The notes: generated from the sequence alone by a model not told the origin. DNA of 60,465 bases from Pseudonocardia sp. (GCA_050701075.1 JBOHEP010000354.1:1-60465); one strand, 5' to 3'. Numbered from the stretch's first letter, positions 42,542 to 52,729 are shown. Program-made: numbers and translations.

Positions 42542-45022
42542 ATGGCTCGAATTGCCGGCGTGGCTGGGGACGAGCGGGCCATCGTCATGCGCACCCTGTT
42601 GCTCGACGCCGTGGCGGCACAGGCCACCGCGCTGCTCAACGAGCACGGGGTGCCGGCAATCCTGTTGAAGGGGCGTGTCACGGCCTCGTGGTTGTACGAC
42701 GGTGGGATCCGGAACTACTGCGACGTCGACCTGCTCGTCGACCCGGCTCAGCGGGAGCGCGCGATCGAGGTACTCGGGACGATCGGCTTCCGGCACTGGC
42801 TGGAAGGCGCCGACCAGGTGGAGTACGGTCCGAACGAGACCGAGCTGATCGGACCGAACCGCACCTGCATCGACCTGCACCACACGCTGCTCGGCATCGC
42901 GGCTTCACCGAAGCGGTGCTGGGAGGTCCTGTCGCAGCGGACGGAGGAGATGTCCGTAGGCGGCCGGAGGGTGGTCATTCTCAACGCGACCGTTCGAACG
43001 ATGCACCTCGCCCTGCACGCCGCGCAGAACGGCCCGATCGACATCAAGGCTGTGGCGGACCTCGAGCGCGGGCTGGCGAGGCTGCCTCTCGAGCTGTGGC
43101 GGGAAGCGGAGGCGGTCGCCCGTTCCATCGACGCGATCGAGGCGTTCTCCGCCGGTCTCGGTGTCGTCGAAGCCGGCCGGCGACTCGCGGCGACACTGGG
43201 GTTGGAGCCGCCGGGTGACGTCGAACTGGTCCTGCGCAGCTGGTCCGCGCCGCAGGAGGCATTGCAGATCCAGAGGTTCGTCGAGGCGGGCTCGATCGGG
43301 GCCAAGCTGCACTTCCTCCGCCGGAAGCTGTGGCCAACCGCGACCTACATGCTCGGTCGGTTCTCGTCCGCTCGGGCCGGTGAGGGGCCACTGCTGGTCG
43401 CCCGGCTGCGGAGGATGGCCGGGTTGCCGAGCAAATTCAGTGTCGCGCTCTGGAACTGGTGCCAGGCGAGGCGCGTCATACGGACGCAGGGTAGCCGGAC
43501 CGGTATCGAACCGAACGGTCGACGGAGGTTGCCGGCAATGCCTGATGGTCCGACGGTACGGGGATTCGTGCTGGTCGTCGGGCCGGATGGCGCGGGTAAG
43601 AGCACAGTGGTGGACAAGGTCGTCGCACGTCTTGAGGGATGCGGGGCGCAGGTCTCACGTGCTCATCACCGGCCTGGGGTGGTCGCGGGCCGGCCGCCGG
43701 GCGCCGGGCCGGTCACCGACCCGCACGCTGAGCAGCCGCGGTCGACCGCGGGGTCACTGGCGAAGCTGGCGGTTGTTTTCGCCGACCATGTGATCGGTGG
43801 ACAGTCGAGGTGGCGGATCCAGCGCCGTCACGGTCTGCTCCTGCTGGAGCGCGGCTGGTTCGACATGGCCGTCGATCCATGCCGTTATCGATTGCCGGCC
43901 CGGCTGACTCCGGTCGTGCGGATTCTCGGGCGGGCGCTGCCGCGGCCAGACGTCGTGCTGCTGCTGACGGGAGAGCCGGCGGCGCTCCATGCGCGCAAGC
44001 CGGAGATTGGAGTCGCCGAGGTTGACCGGCAGACGCGGGAATGGCGAGAAACGGCACCTCGTGCCGGCTGGCGCGTCGTCGAAGTCGACACCGTGCACAC
44101 AGATCCAGACACCGCTGTCGATGCCGTTCTCGACGCGCTGACGCACAAGCCCTGGCGCAGCGTCCCCCTCACTCCGAAGCGGATCGGCCTGCGGGTCACG
44201 GGGCAGGCTGGGCCGGCGCTCGCGGTCTACCAGCCGCAGTCGACCAGCGCTCGTGCCGGTGCGATCGTCTGGCGAACCGCGAAGGTCCGGGGGCGACGGA
44301 GGACGGAGCCGGTTTCGCGGCTCGACGACCTCTGGCGCGCCATCGGCGTCGCTCCGGACGGGGTGGCCGCAATGAATTCCTCCATGCCTGGGCGTTGGGT
44401 TCTGTCGCTGTGCCAGAGTGGTAAGATCACGATGATTGCCAAGATCGGGCTGAGCTCCGACCTCGCGCTCCGTCACGAAGCGAAGATGCTTTCTACACGG
44501 CTTAATCCCGATATGCCGGTCGGGCGGCCGCAACTGGTCTGGTGCGGTGAGTGGAGAGACAAGTTCGTTGTCGTCACCAGCGCTGTGCACCGCATTTCGC
44601 CGACGCCGTGGACGGTTGACGAGGTGGTTCCGCTTGTCCACGCCCTCGCCACAGCCGGCACCGACGGGTGTCCGCTGATCCACGGCGACGTGGCTCCGTG
44701 GAACCTCATGCGCACTGTGGACGGACCGGTGCTGCTGGACTGGGAGTTCGCGCGGTGGGCCGACGAACCCCTGCACGACCTTTCGCATTTCGTCGTCCAG
44801 GTAGGGGCGCTGCTGGGCCGCTACGCACCCGAACAGGCGATCTCGCTCCTCTGTGACGAGGGTTCGCCGGGTTGGCGTCTGCTCCGCGATCGCGATCGCG
44901 ACACGTCCGAGGCGTCCCCGTTCGTCGACGCCTACTTGACGCAGGCGTGTCCGACCGAGCCCCGTGCCATCCGGTTCCGAGATGAGATGGTCAGGCTGCT
45001 GTCCATCAGAGGACGCTCATGA
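42542..45022 (+). CDS. Tri-domain protein: nucleotidyltransferase (NTP_transf_5-like) + thymidylate-kinase-like P-loop domain + APH/choline-kinase-like phosphotransferase
   Basis: LLKG..R.YCDVDLLV..IDLHH; GPDGAGKST..ERGWFD..PDVVLLL..ARKPE; AKIG..HE..HGDVAPWN..DWEFA..HDL. Confidence 0.85.
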   Translation: MARIAGVAGDERAIVMRTLLLDAVAAQATALLNEHGVPAILLKGRVTASWLYDGGIRNYCDVDLLVDPAQRERAIEVLGTIGFRHWLEGADQVEYGPNETELIGPNRTCIDLHHTLLGIAASPKRCWEVLSQRTEEMSVGGRRVVILNATVRTMHLALHAAQNGPIDIKAVADLERGLARLPLELWREAEAVARSIDAIEAFSAGLGVVEAGRRLAATLGLEPPGDVELVLRSWSAPQEALQIQRFVEAGSIGAKLHFLRRKLWPTATYMLGRFSSARAGEGPLLVARLRRMAGLPSKFSVALWNWCQARRVIRTQGSRTGIEPNGRRRLPAMPDGPTVRGFVLVVGPDGAGKSTVVDKVVARLEGCGAQVSRAHHRPGVVAGRPPGAGPVTDPHAEQPRSTAGSLAKLAVVFADHVIGGQSRWRIQRRHGLLLLERGWFDMAVDPCRYRLPARLTPVVRILGRALPRPDVVLLLTGEPAALHARKPEIGVAEVDRQTREWRETAPRAGWRVVEVDTVHTDPDTAVDAVLDALTHKPWRSVPLTPKRIGLRVTGQAGPALAVYQPQSTSARAGAIVWRTAKVRGRRRTEPVSRLDDLWRAIGVAPDGVAAMNSSMPGRWVLSLCQSGKITMIAKIGLSSDLALRHEAKMLSTRLNPDMPVGRPQLVWCGEWRDKFVVVTSAVHRISPTPWTVDEVVPLVHALATAGTDGCPLIHGDVAPWNLMRTVDGPVLLDWEFARWADEPLHDLSHFVVQVGALLGRYAPEQAISLLCDEGSPGWRLLRDRDRDTSEASPFVDAYLTQACPTEPRAIRFRDEMVRLLSIRGRS

Positions 45023-45053
45023 TGACCGCCATTCGTCAAGAAGAGACCTCGTA

Positions 45054-46319
45054 GTGATCCGTTCCTATGTTCGCCGAGGTCGACGATTCGTCGGCCTGAT
45101 CAGCTGGACGGTCGGTGATCAGTTCCTCTTTGCGCTGTCCAGTCTGGTCGTCACGCTGGCGGTGGCGCGTGGTGGGGGCGCCGAGGCATTGGGCCGTTTC
45201 AGCGTTGCGTTCGCGGCGTATCTGATCGTGCTCGGCTTCTCCCGCGCCCTGGTGTCCGAGCCGTTGCTGGCCATTCCTCGAGACGAGGACAGAACGGGTG
45301 AGGCAGAGTCCACCACCCTGACCATGCTCTTCGCCGCCGCCGGCGCCACCGTGGTGGGCGTCGTGGGCCTGCTCCTCGGCCGGGTCGAGTTGCTCGTCGT
45401 CGCGGCCGCCTTGCCGGCAGCCCTGATCCAGGACGTTCTTCGCTACCATGCCTTTCACCGTGGTCAACCGGCGAGAGCGGCCCTGCTGGACGGGGGCTGG
45501 CTCCTCGCATCGGTGATCACCTGGCCGATCGTCACCGCCGCAGGATCCACGACGGTCGCCCTGGCTTGCTGGGCCGCCGGCGCCGTGTTGAGCATCGGGC
45601 TGGGTTGGCGAGCGCTGCGACCTCGCCTTTGCGGCCTCGGCGTGGCTTTCGCCTGGTGGCGCGCGAAGGCCCGGTCGCTGGCGAATCCGCTCCTGCTCGA
45701 CGGCATCGCATATGTGATGTCCGTGCAGGGCGTCGTCTTCATCGTCGCATCCATGGCCGGTGATGATCAGCTCGGGGTGCTGCGCGCCGGACAAGTCTAC
45801 TTCGCTCCGCTGACGCTCCTGCTGGTTGCGGTCGGGGTGCTCGCCGTACCTCAGCTGGCACAACGTGCGCATCTGCACACCGGCGTCGTCGCCGCGCGGC
45901 TCGCGGTCGCGGCCGCATTGGTCATGGCGATTCTGTCCGCCGCCATCCTCGCGGCAGCTCCGCTGCTGCACAGCCTCCTGTATGGCGATTCGATTCTCGT
46001 GCCGAACGTCCTCCTGGTGCCGTTGGCCGTAATGGTGATCATCACTGGGGCGTCGACCGGCCTGGTGGTCATTACCAGGACGCGCCATCGAGGTGGTGAC
46101 CTGTCCCGCAGCCGGATCAGCTCCGCAGTCGTCGGTGTCGGTCTGGCCGCGTGGATGACAGCAGAGTTCGGCGTCGTCGGTGCCGCCTGGGCACTCGTCG
46201 GACAGGCGCTCTGTTACCTGGCACACCTGGGCATGCTTGTGAAGCTCGGCAACCCGGTACGTGCCACGCCCGACAAGACCGAAGTTCGAGGAGAGACTGT
46301 TGTCCGAGAGATCTCGTAG
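45054..46319 (+). CDS. Wzx-like polysaccharide flippase (MOP superfamily)
   Basis: About 12 TM helices, DQ near N-terminus, LGRFS, QDVLRY, LGVLRAGQ, FGVVGAAW; start uncertain. Confidence 0.8.
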   Translation: MIRSYVRRGRRFVGLISWTVGDQFLFALSSLVVTLAVARGGGAEALGRFSVAFAAYLIVLGFSRALVSEPLLAIPRDEDRTGEAESTTLTMLFAAAGATVVGVVGLLLGRVELLVVAAALPAALIQDVLRYHAFHRGQPARAALLDGGWLLASVITWPIVTAAGSTTVALACWAAGAVLSIGLGWRALRPRLCGLGVAFAWWRAKARSLANPLLLDGIAYVMSVQGVVFIVASMAGDDQLGVLRAGQVYFAPLTLLLVAVGVLAVPQLAQRAHLHTGVVAARLAVAAALVMAILSAAILAAAPLLHSLLYGDSILVPNVLLVPLAVMVIITGASTGLVVITRTRHRGGDLSRSRISSAVVGVGLAAWMTAEFGVVGAAWALVGQALCYLAHLGMLVKLGNPVRATPDKTEVRGETVVREIS

Positions 46320-47517
46320 GTTGCGCGTCGCGGTGATCGCCGGCGGCTGGCCGGGTGACAGCTCCCATCTGGAGGCCGCAGGCCGGGAGGTCGACCTCAC
46401 CTACTACTACAGCCGGTGGTTGCCCGCAGCCGGCTCCACAGAGGTTCCTTCGCTCACGAGTGCGACGAGCCAAGCGTTCATGCCACTCATCAAGAGCCCG
46501 CGCGGCCACCTGACGTTCGTGTTCCCGGGGTTGCACAAAGCTCTGGACCGCCAGCGGCCGGACGTCGTGCATGTGGTGTCCGAGCCCTGGGGCCTTCTGT
46601 GCGTACAAGCAGCACGGTGGGTTCGGGCGAATCCGGAATCAGCCCTGGCCTTCCACGGCTGCGACACCCTCTGGCACCACGGCGGAGCGATGGAACAGCG
46701 GGTCCGCAGGGCCATCCTGCGGTTCACGATGACCACAGCGGCTGCCTACTGCGCTGAGAACACCAAGGCTCTTGCGCTCGCGACGCAGAACGGGCTGCCA
46801 TCGGGCAGCGTTTGTGAGCGGATACATACGTGCCCTCGTGACGATGCAGTGTGGCGGCAACCGGAGCCGGCCGAGCGTGCCCGCGCCAGGACAGTGCTCG
46901 AGCTGGACGACGAGACGCTCGCTGTCGGGCTCGTGGGTCGGATGGTGCCCGAGAAGGGCATCATGACATTCCTCGACGCCGCAGAGTTGTTGCTCGCGCG
47001 TGGACTGCGCGCGAAGTTCTTCCTGGTGGGCGATGGCCCGTTGCGGGACGAGGTGACGCGTCGGCGATCAGCTCACGTCGTCCCGCTGGGTTCACTCGTC
47101 CATCCGCACGGCGTTCTTCGGTTCATGCAGGCTCTCGACGTGCTCGCCTGTCCCTCGCGCAGTACCTCGTTCTGGGAGGACCAGGGGCCACGCGCGGTTC
47201 TCGAGTCGATGATGTGCGGGGGTATTCCGGCGGCGACGGCGACGGGTGGCATCCCGGAGATGCTCGGGGGTCGCGGTGTGCTCTCACGGTCGGTGGAGCC
47301 GGCGGATTTCGCCGACGCGATCGCCGATGCAGCCGTCCTGGCGAGGAACGAGGATGCCCGTCGCGACGTCGCCGACTGGGCCCGCTCACAGTACTCCAAC
47401 ACGGCCGTCGCCCGTCAACTTGTGGACCTGTGGACCCGACTGGAGGTCCGCGAACCCGATGACGTCTCATCCAGCGCCGACCGGTCACCGCGCGTCGCGA
47501 GCGAGAGGGAGGGGTGA
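46300..47517 (+). CDS. Glycosyltransferase family 4
   Basis: PDVVHV, VGRMVPEKG, VGDGPLR, EDQGPRAVLESMMCG (EX7E-like), GGIPEM. Confidence 0.88.
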   Translation: MSERSRRLRVAVIAGGWPGDSSHLEAAGREVDLTYYYSRWLPAAGSTEVPSLTSATSQAFMPLIKSPRGHLTFVFPGLHKALDRQRPDVVHVVSEPWGLLCVQAARWVRANPESALAFHGCDTLWHHGGAMEQRVRRAILRFTMTTAAAYCAENTKALALATQNGLPSGSVCERIHTCPRDDAVWRQPEPAERARARTVLELDDETLAVGLVGRMVPEKGIMTFLDAAELLLARGLRAKFFLVGDGPLRDEVTRRRSAHVVPLGSLVHPHGVLRFMQALDVLACPSRSTSFWEDQGPRAVLESMMCGGIPAATATGGIPEMLGGRGVLSRSVEPADFADAIADAAVLARNEDARRDVADWARSQYSNTAVARQLVDLWTRLEVREPDDVSSSADRSPRVASEREG

Positions 47518-47521
47518 GGTC

Positions 47522-48463
47522 ATGCCCACGACGAACGCGCTGATGGCGCAAGCCTTGCTCGACGCACTCGAGGACACGGGCGTTCCGTACGCGGTGCTTC
47601 ACCGGGAGTCCGATGCCGCGGCCGGACTGATCGAGTCCGACATCGACGTCGCGCTCGGTCGCCCGCCCCTCGAGGTCCTGCCTGCGCTGATGGCTGCGCT
47701 GTCGCATACGGGAGCCGGCCTCGCTCTCATCTGGCCTTATGACGTCAACAGTCTGAACACGTTCTGGCTGAGTCGTGACTGCAGGTCGGGCGTGCAGCTC
47801 GACCTGTTGTGCGACCCCTTGGGCCGAGGCAAGTACGGCCTCCGGACCGATGCCGTTCTGCAACACACCGAGCGCGGTGAGCGGTGGATGCGACTGACGC
47901 CGGAGGTCGAGCAGGCGTACCTGGTGTCCAAACGTTGGGCCAAGGCGGACGTCGCGCGCCTCGACGAGCTGATCAGTCGCGCTGCTGGCCGACCCTCGGC
48001 AGACCTGACCGAGGAGATGTTCGCAGAGCGCGCTGCCCGGGCGGTCGGCGCGGCGTACGCCGGGCAGAAGACGCCTCGTGGCGGACGCCTGTGGCCGAAC
48101 CTGCGCGGACTGCTGTCGGTCAGGACGGCGTCCCGGCTCGCTCATCCCGTGGGCGTGTTGGTTCGCCTTCGAGGGGAGGCGACGCTAGGGGTCGCGCGTG
48201 ACCTGTCCGTCATGCTTGACAGGGTTGTCGTGGCGTCGGACATCAGCACGGGTCGATCGCTTTCCGCTCGCGCTGCGCGGTTCATCCGCCTGCGGCGGCC
48301 GCACATCCTGTTGTGCGTCGACGACGTCGGGACCCGCCCGGACGTCGAGGTCACCGTGACATGTCCGGTCAATCTCGACGAGGTCGTGAACGCGGTGTGG
48401 CAGGGCCTGGTCGATGACGCGCGGCGCAAAATGGAGGTGTGGTCCAGTGTCGGTGGATGGTGA
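47522..48463 (+). CDS. Nucleotidyltransferase-fold protein with degenerate C-terminal kinase-like domain
   Basis: GVPYAVLH..SDIDV..QLDL acidic triad; HPVGVLVRLRG where a P-loop strand would be expected but no GKS/T. Confidence 0.65.
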   Translation: MPTTNALMAQALLDALEDTGVPYAVLHRESDAAAGLIESDIDVALGRPPLEVLPALMAALSHTGAGLALIWPYDVNSLNTFWLSRDCRSGVQLDLLCDPLGRGKYGLRTDAVLQHTERGERWMRLTPEVEQAYLVSKRWAKADVARLDELISRAAGRPSADLTEEMFAERAARAVGAAYAGQKTPRGGRLWPNLRGLLSVRTASRLAHPVGVLVRLRGEATLGVARDLSVMLDRVVVASDISTGRSLSARAARFIRLRRPHILLCVDDVGTRPDVEVTVTCPVNLDEVVNAVWQGLVDDARRKMEVWSSVGGW

Positions 48464-49658
48464 TGTGCGGTCTTCGCTCCGCGTGCTCGTCAGTGCATAT
48501 GCCTGTCACCCGATCCGGGGGTCGGAGCCGGGGATCGGCTGGGCGTTTCTTCAAGCCGCACTGAAGTGCTGTGCAGAGGTGCACGTGCTGACGCGTACCA
48601 AGAACGTGGCAGCCATCGAGGCGGCCCTCACGCCCGAGCAGCGCGCTCGTTGCCGCGTGATCGCCTTCGACCTGCCACCTGCCGTTCAGAACTGGAAGCG
48701 ACGCATCCGAGGAAGTACCCAGGTCTATTACACCGCCTGGCAATGGAGAGCGCGTCGGTTCGTCAGACGCCTGCATGCGCTGCACCGGTATGACCTCGCG
48801 CATCACGTGACGTTCGCCAATGACTGGACGATGGTCGCCCTGAAAGGCATCGACGATCTACCGTTCGTCTGGGGTCCGATCGGCGGCAGGACGCGAACTC
48901 CGCTGTCGCTGCTCCACTACCACGGTGTCAAGGGATCCGTGGCAGAGGCGGTCAGGTCGGTGGCCGGAGCAGCCGGTCGCGCCTTGAGCGGTAATGCGTC
49001 GGCCCGCGCTGCGGCCTTGGTTGTCGCGGCGAACAGCGATGTGCAGAACGGTTACCGCTTCCATGCCCGTCGTCTCGTGGTCGAGCCGAGCGCCGCTGTC
49101 GACCCGAATGCGGAGGTATGGCATTCAGATGTGGAGCGGCTGGGACCGGTTGTTGGGATCGGCAGGCTCGTGCCGTGGAAGGGCTGGTCCCTCGCTCTCG
49201 AGGCGATCGCGCGGATCGACGAACCTGACGTGAAGTTCGTGCTTCTGGGAGATGGTCCCGATCGTCGTCGGCTCGAGTCCCGAGCGAGGCGACTCGGAGT
49301 TGCCGACCGTGTCGAGTTCCTCGGTGCCCTACCCCGTGAAGACGTTGCGGCGATCCTGCGCAGCGCCCGGGTGTTGCTGTTCCCGAGCTTCCACGACTCC
49401 TCACCGTGGGCCGTCGCCGAGGCATTGATGGCCGGCTGTCCGGTCGTCTCACTCGACCTGGGCGGTGTCCCGGAACTCGTCGCGGGCGCGGGCGGAACAG
49501 TAGTACCGCATGCGGGGCCTGATCTCGCCGGCCGCCTGGCGGAGGCGGTACTGACCTGTTGTCCACCCCACAGTCGCACCGCGTGGTCGAGTGATCGACT
49601 ACCGGCGTTGATGAGCGAGTGGTACGCGTCCGCGGCAAGAGCGAGGGTGACCCCATGA
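48453..49658 (+). CDS. Glycosyltransferase family 4
   Basis: SAYACHP..GSEPGIGW, HHVTFA, WGPIGG, GRLVPWKG, FPSFHDS..VAEALMAGCPVV. Confidence 0.9.
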   Translation: MDGDVRSSLRVLVSAYACHPIRGSEPGIGWAFLQAALKCCAEVHVLTRTKNVAAIEAALTPEQRARCRVIAFDLPPAVQNWKRRIRGSTQVYYTAWQWRARRFVRRLHALHRYDLAHHVTFANDWTMVALKGIDDLPFVWGPIGGRTRTPLSLLHYHGVKGSVAEAVRSVAGAAGRALSGNASARAAALVVAANSDVQNGYRFHARRLVVEPSAAVDPNAEVWHSDVERLGPVVGIGRLVPWKGWSLALEAIARIDEPDVKFVLLGDGPDRRRLESRARRLGVADRVEFLGALPREDVAAILRSARVLLFPSFHDSSPWAVAEALMAGCPVVSLDLGGVPELVAGAGGTVVPHAGPDLAGRLAEAVLTCCPPHSRTAWSSDRLPALMSEWYASAARARVTP

Positions 49659-50929
49659 AAGACATAAGCAGTGATGCGTGTGGCACAAGTGGTTCTGCGA
49701 CTACGACGCGGGCAGCTGATGACGCGTCTCCGGATCCGGGCGACGGTTGCCGACCGATCGCCATCTTCACCTGGGGACTGAGCTACGGGGCGTTTGCCAA
49801 CCTCTGCCCGGCGCTTGCAGGGGGTATCGCCGCCGCGGGTGGCGGACCGGTCGACCTGCTGTACCTTTCGGTCGGACCGGGCGAGACCGTCGCGGTGCCC
49901 CCAGGTGTCCGGCTCGTTCGGCTCGGCGTCAGGCGCGCCGCGACCGCCCCGATCGCGCTGATCCGGTACCTGCGGCGTGAGCGACCGCGAGCGTTGGTCA
50001 CCATGCCGACGTTCGTGACGCTACCGGCGTTGCTCGCCCACCGACTGGCCGGCCGAAAGGTCCGACGGGACACTCGGTTCGTCATGCATCAGGGCGAAAC
50101 CATGAGTAACGACGTCGACATCGACCATGCGTGGAACTCCCGACTTCAGGTGATGCCTTTTCTGGCCAAGCGCTGGTTCCCGTGGGCGGACGCCCTCACT
50201 GCCTCCGCGCCGGGGGTACTGGATCTGCTGCGGCACGACGGCGTACCGGTGCCGCACGGGCGGGCAGCGGTGATCGCCAATCCGGTCGATGTGGATGCTC
50301 GCCGACGTGCTGCTGATGACCCACCCTCGCACCCATGGATCAGCGGCAAGACAGGCCCGGTGGTCACGACGCTCGGCCGCCTCGTGAAGCGGAAGAACCA
50401 CCCGCTGTTGCTCCACGCCATCGCCGACATCCGTCGGACCGGAGTCGACGCTCGACTGGTCATCTTCGGCCAGGGGCCGGAGCTCAAGGCATGCAAGGCC
50501 GAAGCGGCGCGCCTGGGCCTGAGCGAGGTTGTGGCGTTCGCGGGATTCGTGCCGAACCCCTTCGCCGACATCGCCAGGTCCGACCTGTTCGTCATGTCAT
50601 CGGTCGACGAGGCGTTCTGTCTGGCGCTGGTCGAGGCGATGGCCTGTGGGGTACCGGTCGTGTCGACGGACTCGGTCGGCGGCGGCCCCCGGTTCGTCCT
50701 GACCGGCGACGGAGGCCCGGCCTCGCCCGTGGGCAGCGACGCCGAGGTACTTGGCGCCGCTCTCGTACCGCTCGACGATGGCACCGCACTCGCCGCGACG
50801 ATGCGCCGGGTGCTGACCGATCCTGCTTTCCAAGCCGCCCTGGCCGGAGCGGCCCGACGTCGCGCCGATGACTTCAGCCCCACTGCCGTCGGCCGCCAAT
50901 GGTCGACCTTCGTCGACTCGCTCGCATGA
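49655..50929 (+). CDS. Glycosyltransferase family 4
   Basis: IANPVD, GRLVKRKN, GFVPNPF, SSVDEAFCLALVEAMACGVPVVSTD. Confidence 0.92.
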   Translation: MKDISSDACGTSGSATTTRAADDASPDPGDGCRPIAIFTWGLSYGAFANLCPALAGGIAAAGGGPVDLLYLSVGPGETVAVPPGVRLVRLGVRRAATAPIALIRYLRRERPRALVTMPTFVTLPALLAHRLAGRKVRRDTRFVMHQGETMSNDVDIDHAWNSRLQVMPFLAKRWFPWADALTASAPGVLDLLRHDGVPVPHGRAAVIANPVDVDARRRAADDPPSHPWISGKTGPVVTTLGRLVKRKNHPLLLHAIADIRRTGVDARLVIFGQGPELKACKAEAARLGLSEVVAFAGFVPNPFADIARSDLFVMSSVDEAFCLALVEAMACGVPVVSTDSVGGGPRFVLTGDGGPASPVGSDAEVLGAALVPLDDGTALAATMRRVLTDPAFQAALAGAARRRADDFSPTAVGRQWSTFVDSLA

Positions 50930-51918
50930 CGGTGGGCGTTGTACGGATCCGGCACCTTGTGAGCAGGGTCGGCTGGTTCGAGGCAGGGTACCTCAGAAAG
51001 GTAACAAGAATAATGGGCCTTTATCGCCTGTCGTTTTGGCTATTGGTGCGCGTCGGGCGGCAATTCGGTGGGATCCGGCCGCGTCGCATCACGCGTTGGC
51101 TTGGCCGAAAGGCGTTCGCCGCGGGTCCGTCGGTCGCGCCGACGACCTGGTGGACCGACCGGTGGGGGTCCCAGCTGTTGTTGAACCCGTTCTACTTCCT
51201 CGACGCCAACATCATCGCGTTCGGCTGTCACGATCCATCCATGCACAGGTTCATCGAGAACCATGTCAAACCCGGAATGACCTGCTTCGATGTAGGGGCG
51301 AATGTCGGTGTGGTTGCTTTGCACCTTGCCCGCAGAGTTGGGCTCAGCGGCTCGGTCCACGCCTTCGAGCCTGTATCGTCGATCCGTCGACGGCTCACCG
51401 AGAATACCGAACGCAACGGACTCTCGACGACCGTTAAGATTCATCCCGCCGCATTGTCTAACGGAAGCGGTAGGGCGGTAATGGCAGTTGCGGACGAAAC
51501 GGCCACTAATCAAGGACAGGCCTCACTGGTCAACTCCGACAACCCGCAGTTGGTGATCAGTACCGAGATCACCACCATAACGATCGACGAATTCGTCGAG
51601 TCGAACGGGGTCGACCGGTTGGACTTCCTGAAGGTGGATATCCAGGGCGCGGAACTGCTGCTGCTGGAGGGCGGCTCGCGGGTTTTCACGGAGCTGTCGC
51701 CGCAGATACTCATGGAGGTCTCCCCGGAGGATCTCGGAGGTATGGGCAAAAACAGCAGAGACTTGTTAGAAGCTGTGGAGGCGTATGGGTATCGAATCTA
51801 TGAGCTCGACTCTCGTGGTTGGCCCGGACGTCCCGTACATGCACAGGACGTTCCTGCGGATTACTACGCGGCTAACGTCGTCTGTATCAAGGACAGGTCA
51901 GGACCGCAACCGCCATAG
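50926..51918 (+). CDS. FkbM family methyltransferase
   Basis: FDVGANVG, VHAFEP, ITIDEF, FLKVDIQGAE..LLEGG. Confidence 0.92.
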   Translation: MTVGVVRIRHLVSRVGWFEAGYLRKVTRIMGLYRLSFWLLVRVGRQFGGIRPRRITRWLGRKAFAAGPSVAPTTWWTDRWGSQLLLNPFYFLDANIIAFGCHDPSMHRFIENHVKPGMTCFDVGANVGVVALHLARRVGLSGSVHAFEPVSSIRRRLTENTERNGLSTTVKIHPAALSNGSGRAVMAVADETATNQGQASLVNSDNPQLVISTEITTITIDEFVESNGVDRLDFLKVDIQGAELLLLEGGSRVFTELSPQILMEVSPEDLGGMGKNSRDLLEAVEAYGYRIYELDSRGWPGRPVHAQDVPADYYAANVVCIKDRSGPQPP

Positions 51919-51938
51919 GAAGAGGAGGTGTAGGTAGC

Positions 51939-52694
51939 ATGCTGAAGCGAGCAGTATTAGACGTTCTTCCAGCGAGGGCCTTCGATATGCTGATGCGCGT
52001 GAAGAGAAAGATCGATACCTTCGTGAACGCGAGACAGTCGACAGAGGCGGTATTCACTTCCATCTACCTGAAGAATAAGTGGGGCGGGGCCCGCGGCGAG
52101 TTCTGTTCTGGCTCGGGAACCTCGGGCCGAGTCGGTGCCGACCGGTACGTGGATGTCGTGGCAGGAGTTTTTGCCGATCAGGCGCGCAACGGTCTGCGGG
52201 TGGTCGACCTGGGATGCGGCGACTTCCAGATCGGCCGGAGGTTGGCAGGTCTGGCAGATCATTATATCGGCGTCGATGTCGTCAAGTCGCTTGTCGACCA
52301 CAATCGCGTGACGTTCGGGTCGGAGAAGATCGATTTCCAGCACCTTGACATTGTCACGGACCCGCTGCCCGAGGCGGACATCTGCCTCGTCAGGCAGGTA
52401 CTCCAGCACCTGTCGAACGCTCAGATCGCGATTGTGCTGCAGAAGCTCTGCATGTACAGATGTGTTTTGATCACTGAGCATCATCCTGCTGATGGTCCGA
52501 CCGTCGTGCCCAATGTCGACAAGGTGCACGGTGCGGATATCCGCCTCTACGATGGGTCCGGTGTGTATCTCAGTGAGGCCCCCTTCGACATCCCCTCAGC
52601 CAGGTTGCAGTTGCTTCTCGAAGTTCCGGCGAGTGCCGTAGACCAGGAGGACCGGACCGATATGATCCGAACGTACCTCTACCGGCCGACCTGA
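51939..52694 (+). CDS. Class I SAM-dependent methyltransferase
   Basis: FTSIY..NKWG..SGSG, VVDLGCGDF, YIGVDVV, RQVLQHL. Confidence 0.88.
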   Translation: MLKRAVLDVLPARAFDMLMRVKRKIDTFVNARQSTEAVFTSIYLKNKWGGARGEFCSGSGTSGRVGADRYVDVVAGVFADQARNGLRVVDLGCGDFQIGRRLAGLADHYIGVDVVKSLVDHNRVTFGSEKIDFQHLDIVTDPLPEADICLVRQVLQHLSNAQIAIVLQKLCMYRCVLITEHHPADGPTVVPNVDKVHGADIRLYDGSGVYLSEAPFDIPSARLQLLLEVPASAVDQEDRTDMIRTYLYRPT

Positions 52695-52729
52695 TCGCCT
52701 AAAATCGAATTTGTCGGAGGTGTGACACG

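Noticed and set aside
42542..45022. Lasso-peptide cluster suggested by the nucleotidyltransferase
   Set aside because: No asparagine-synthetase-like cyclase, PqqD/RRE, B2 protease or precursor peptide found in the window
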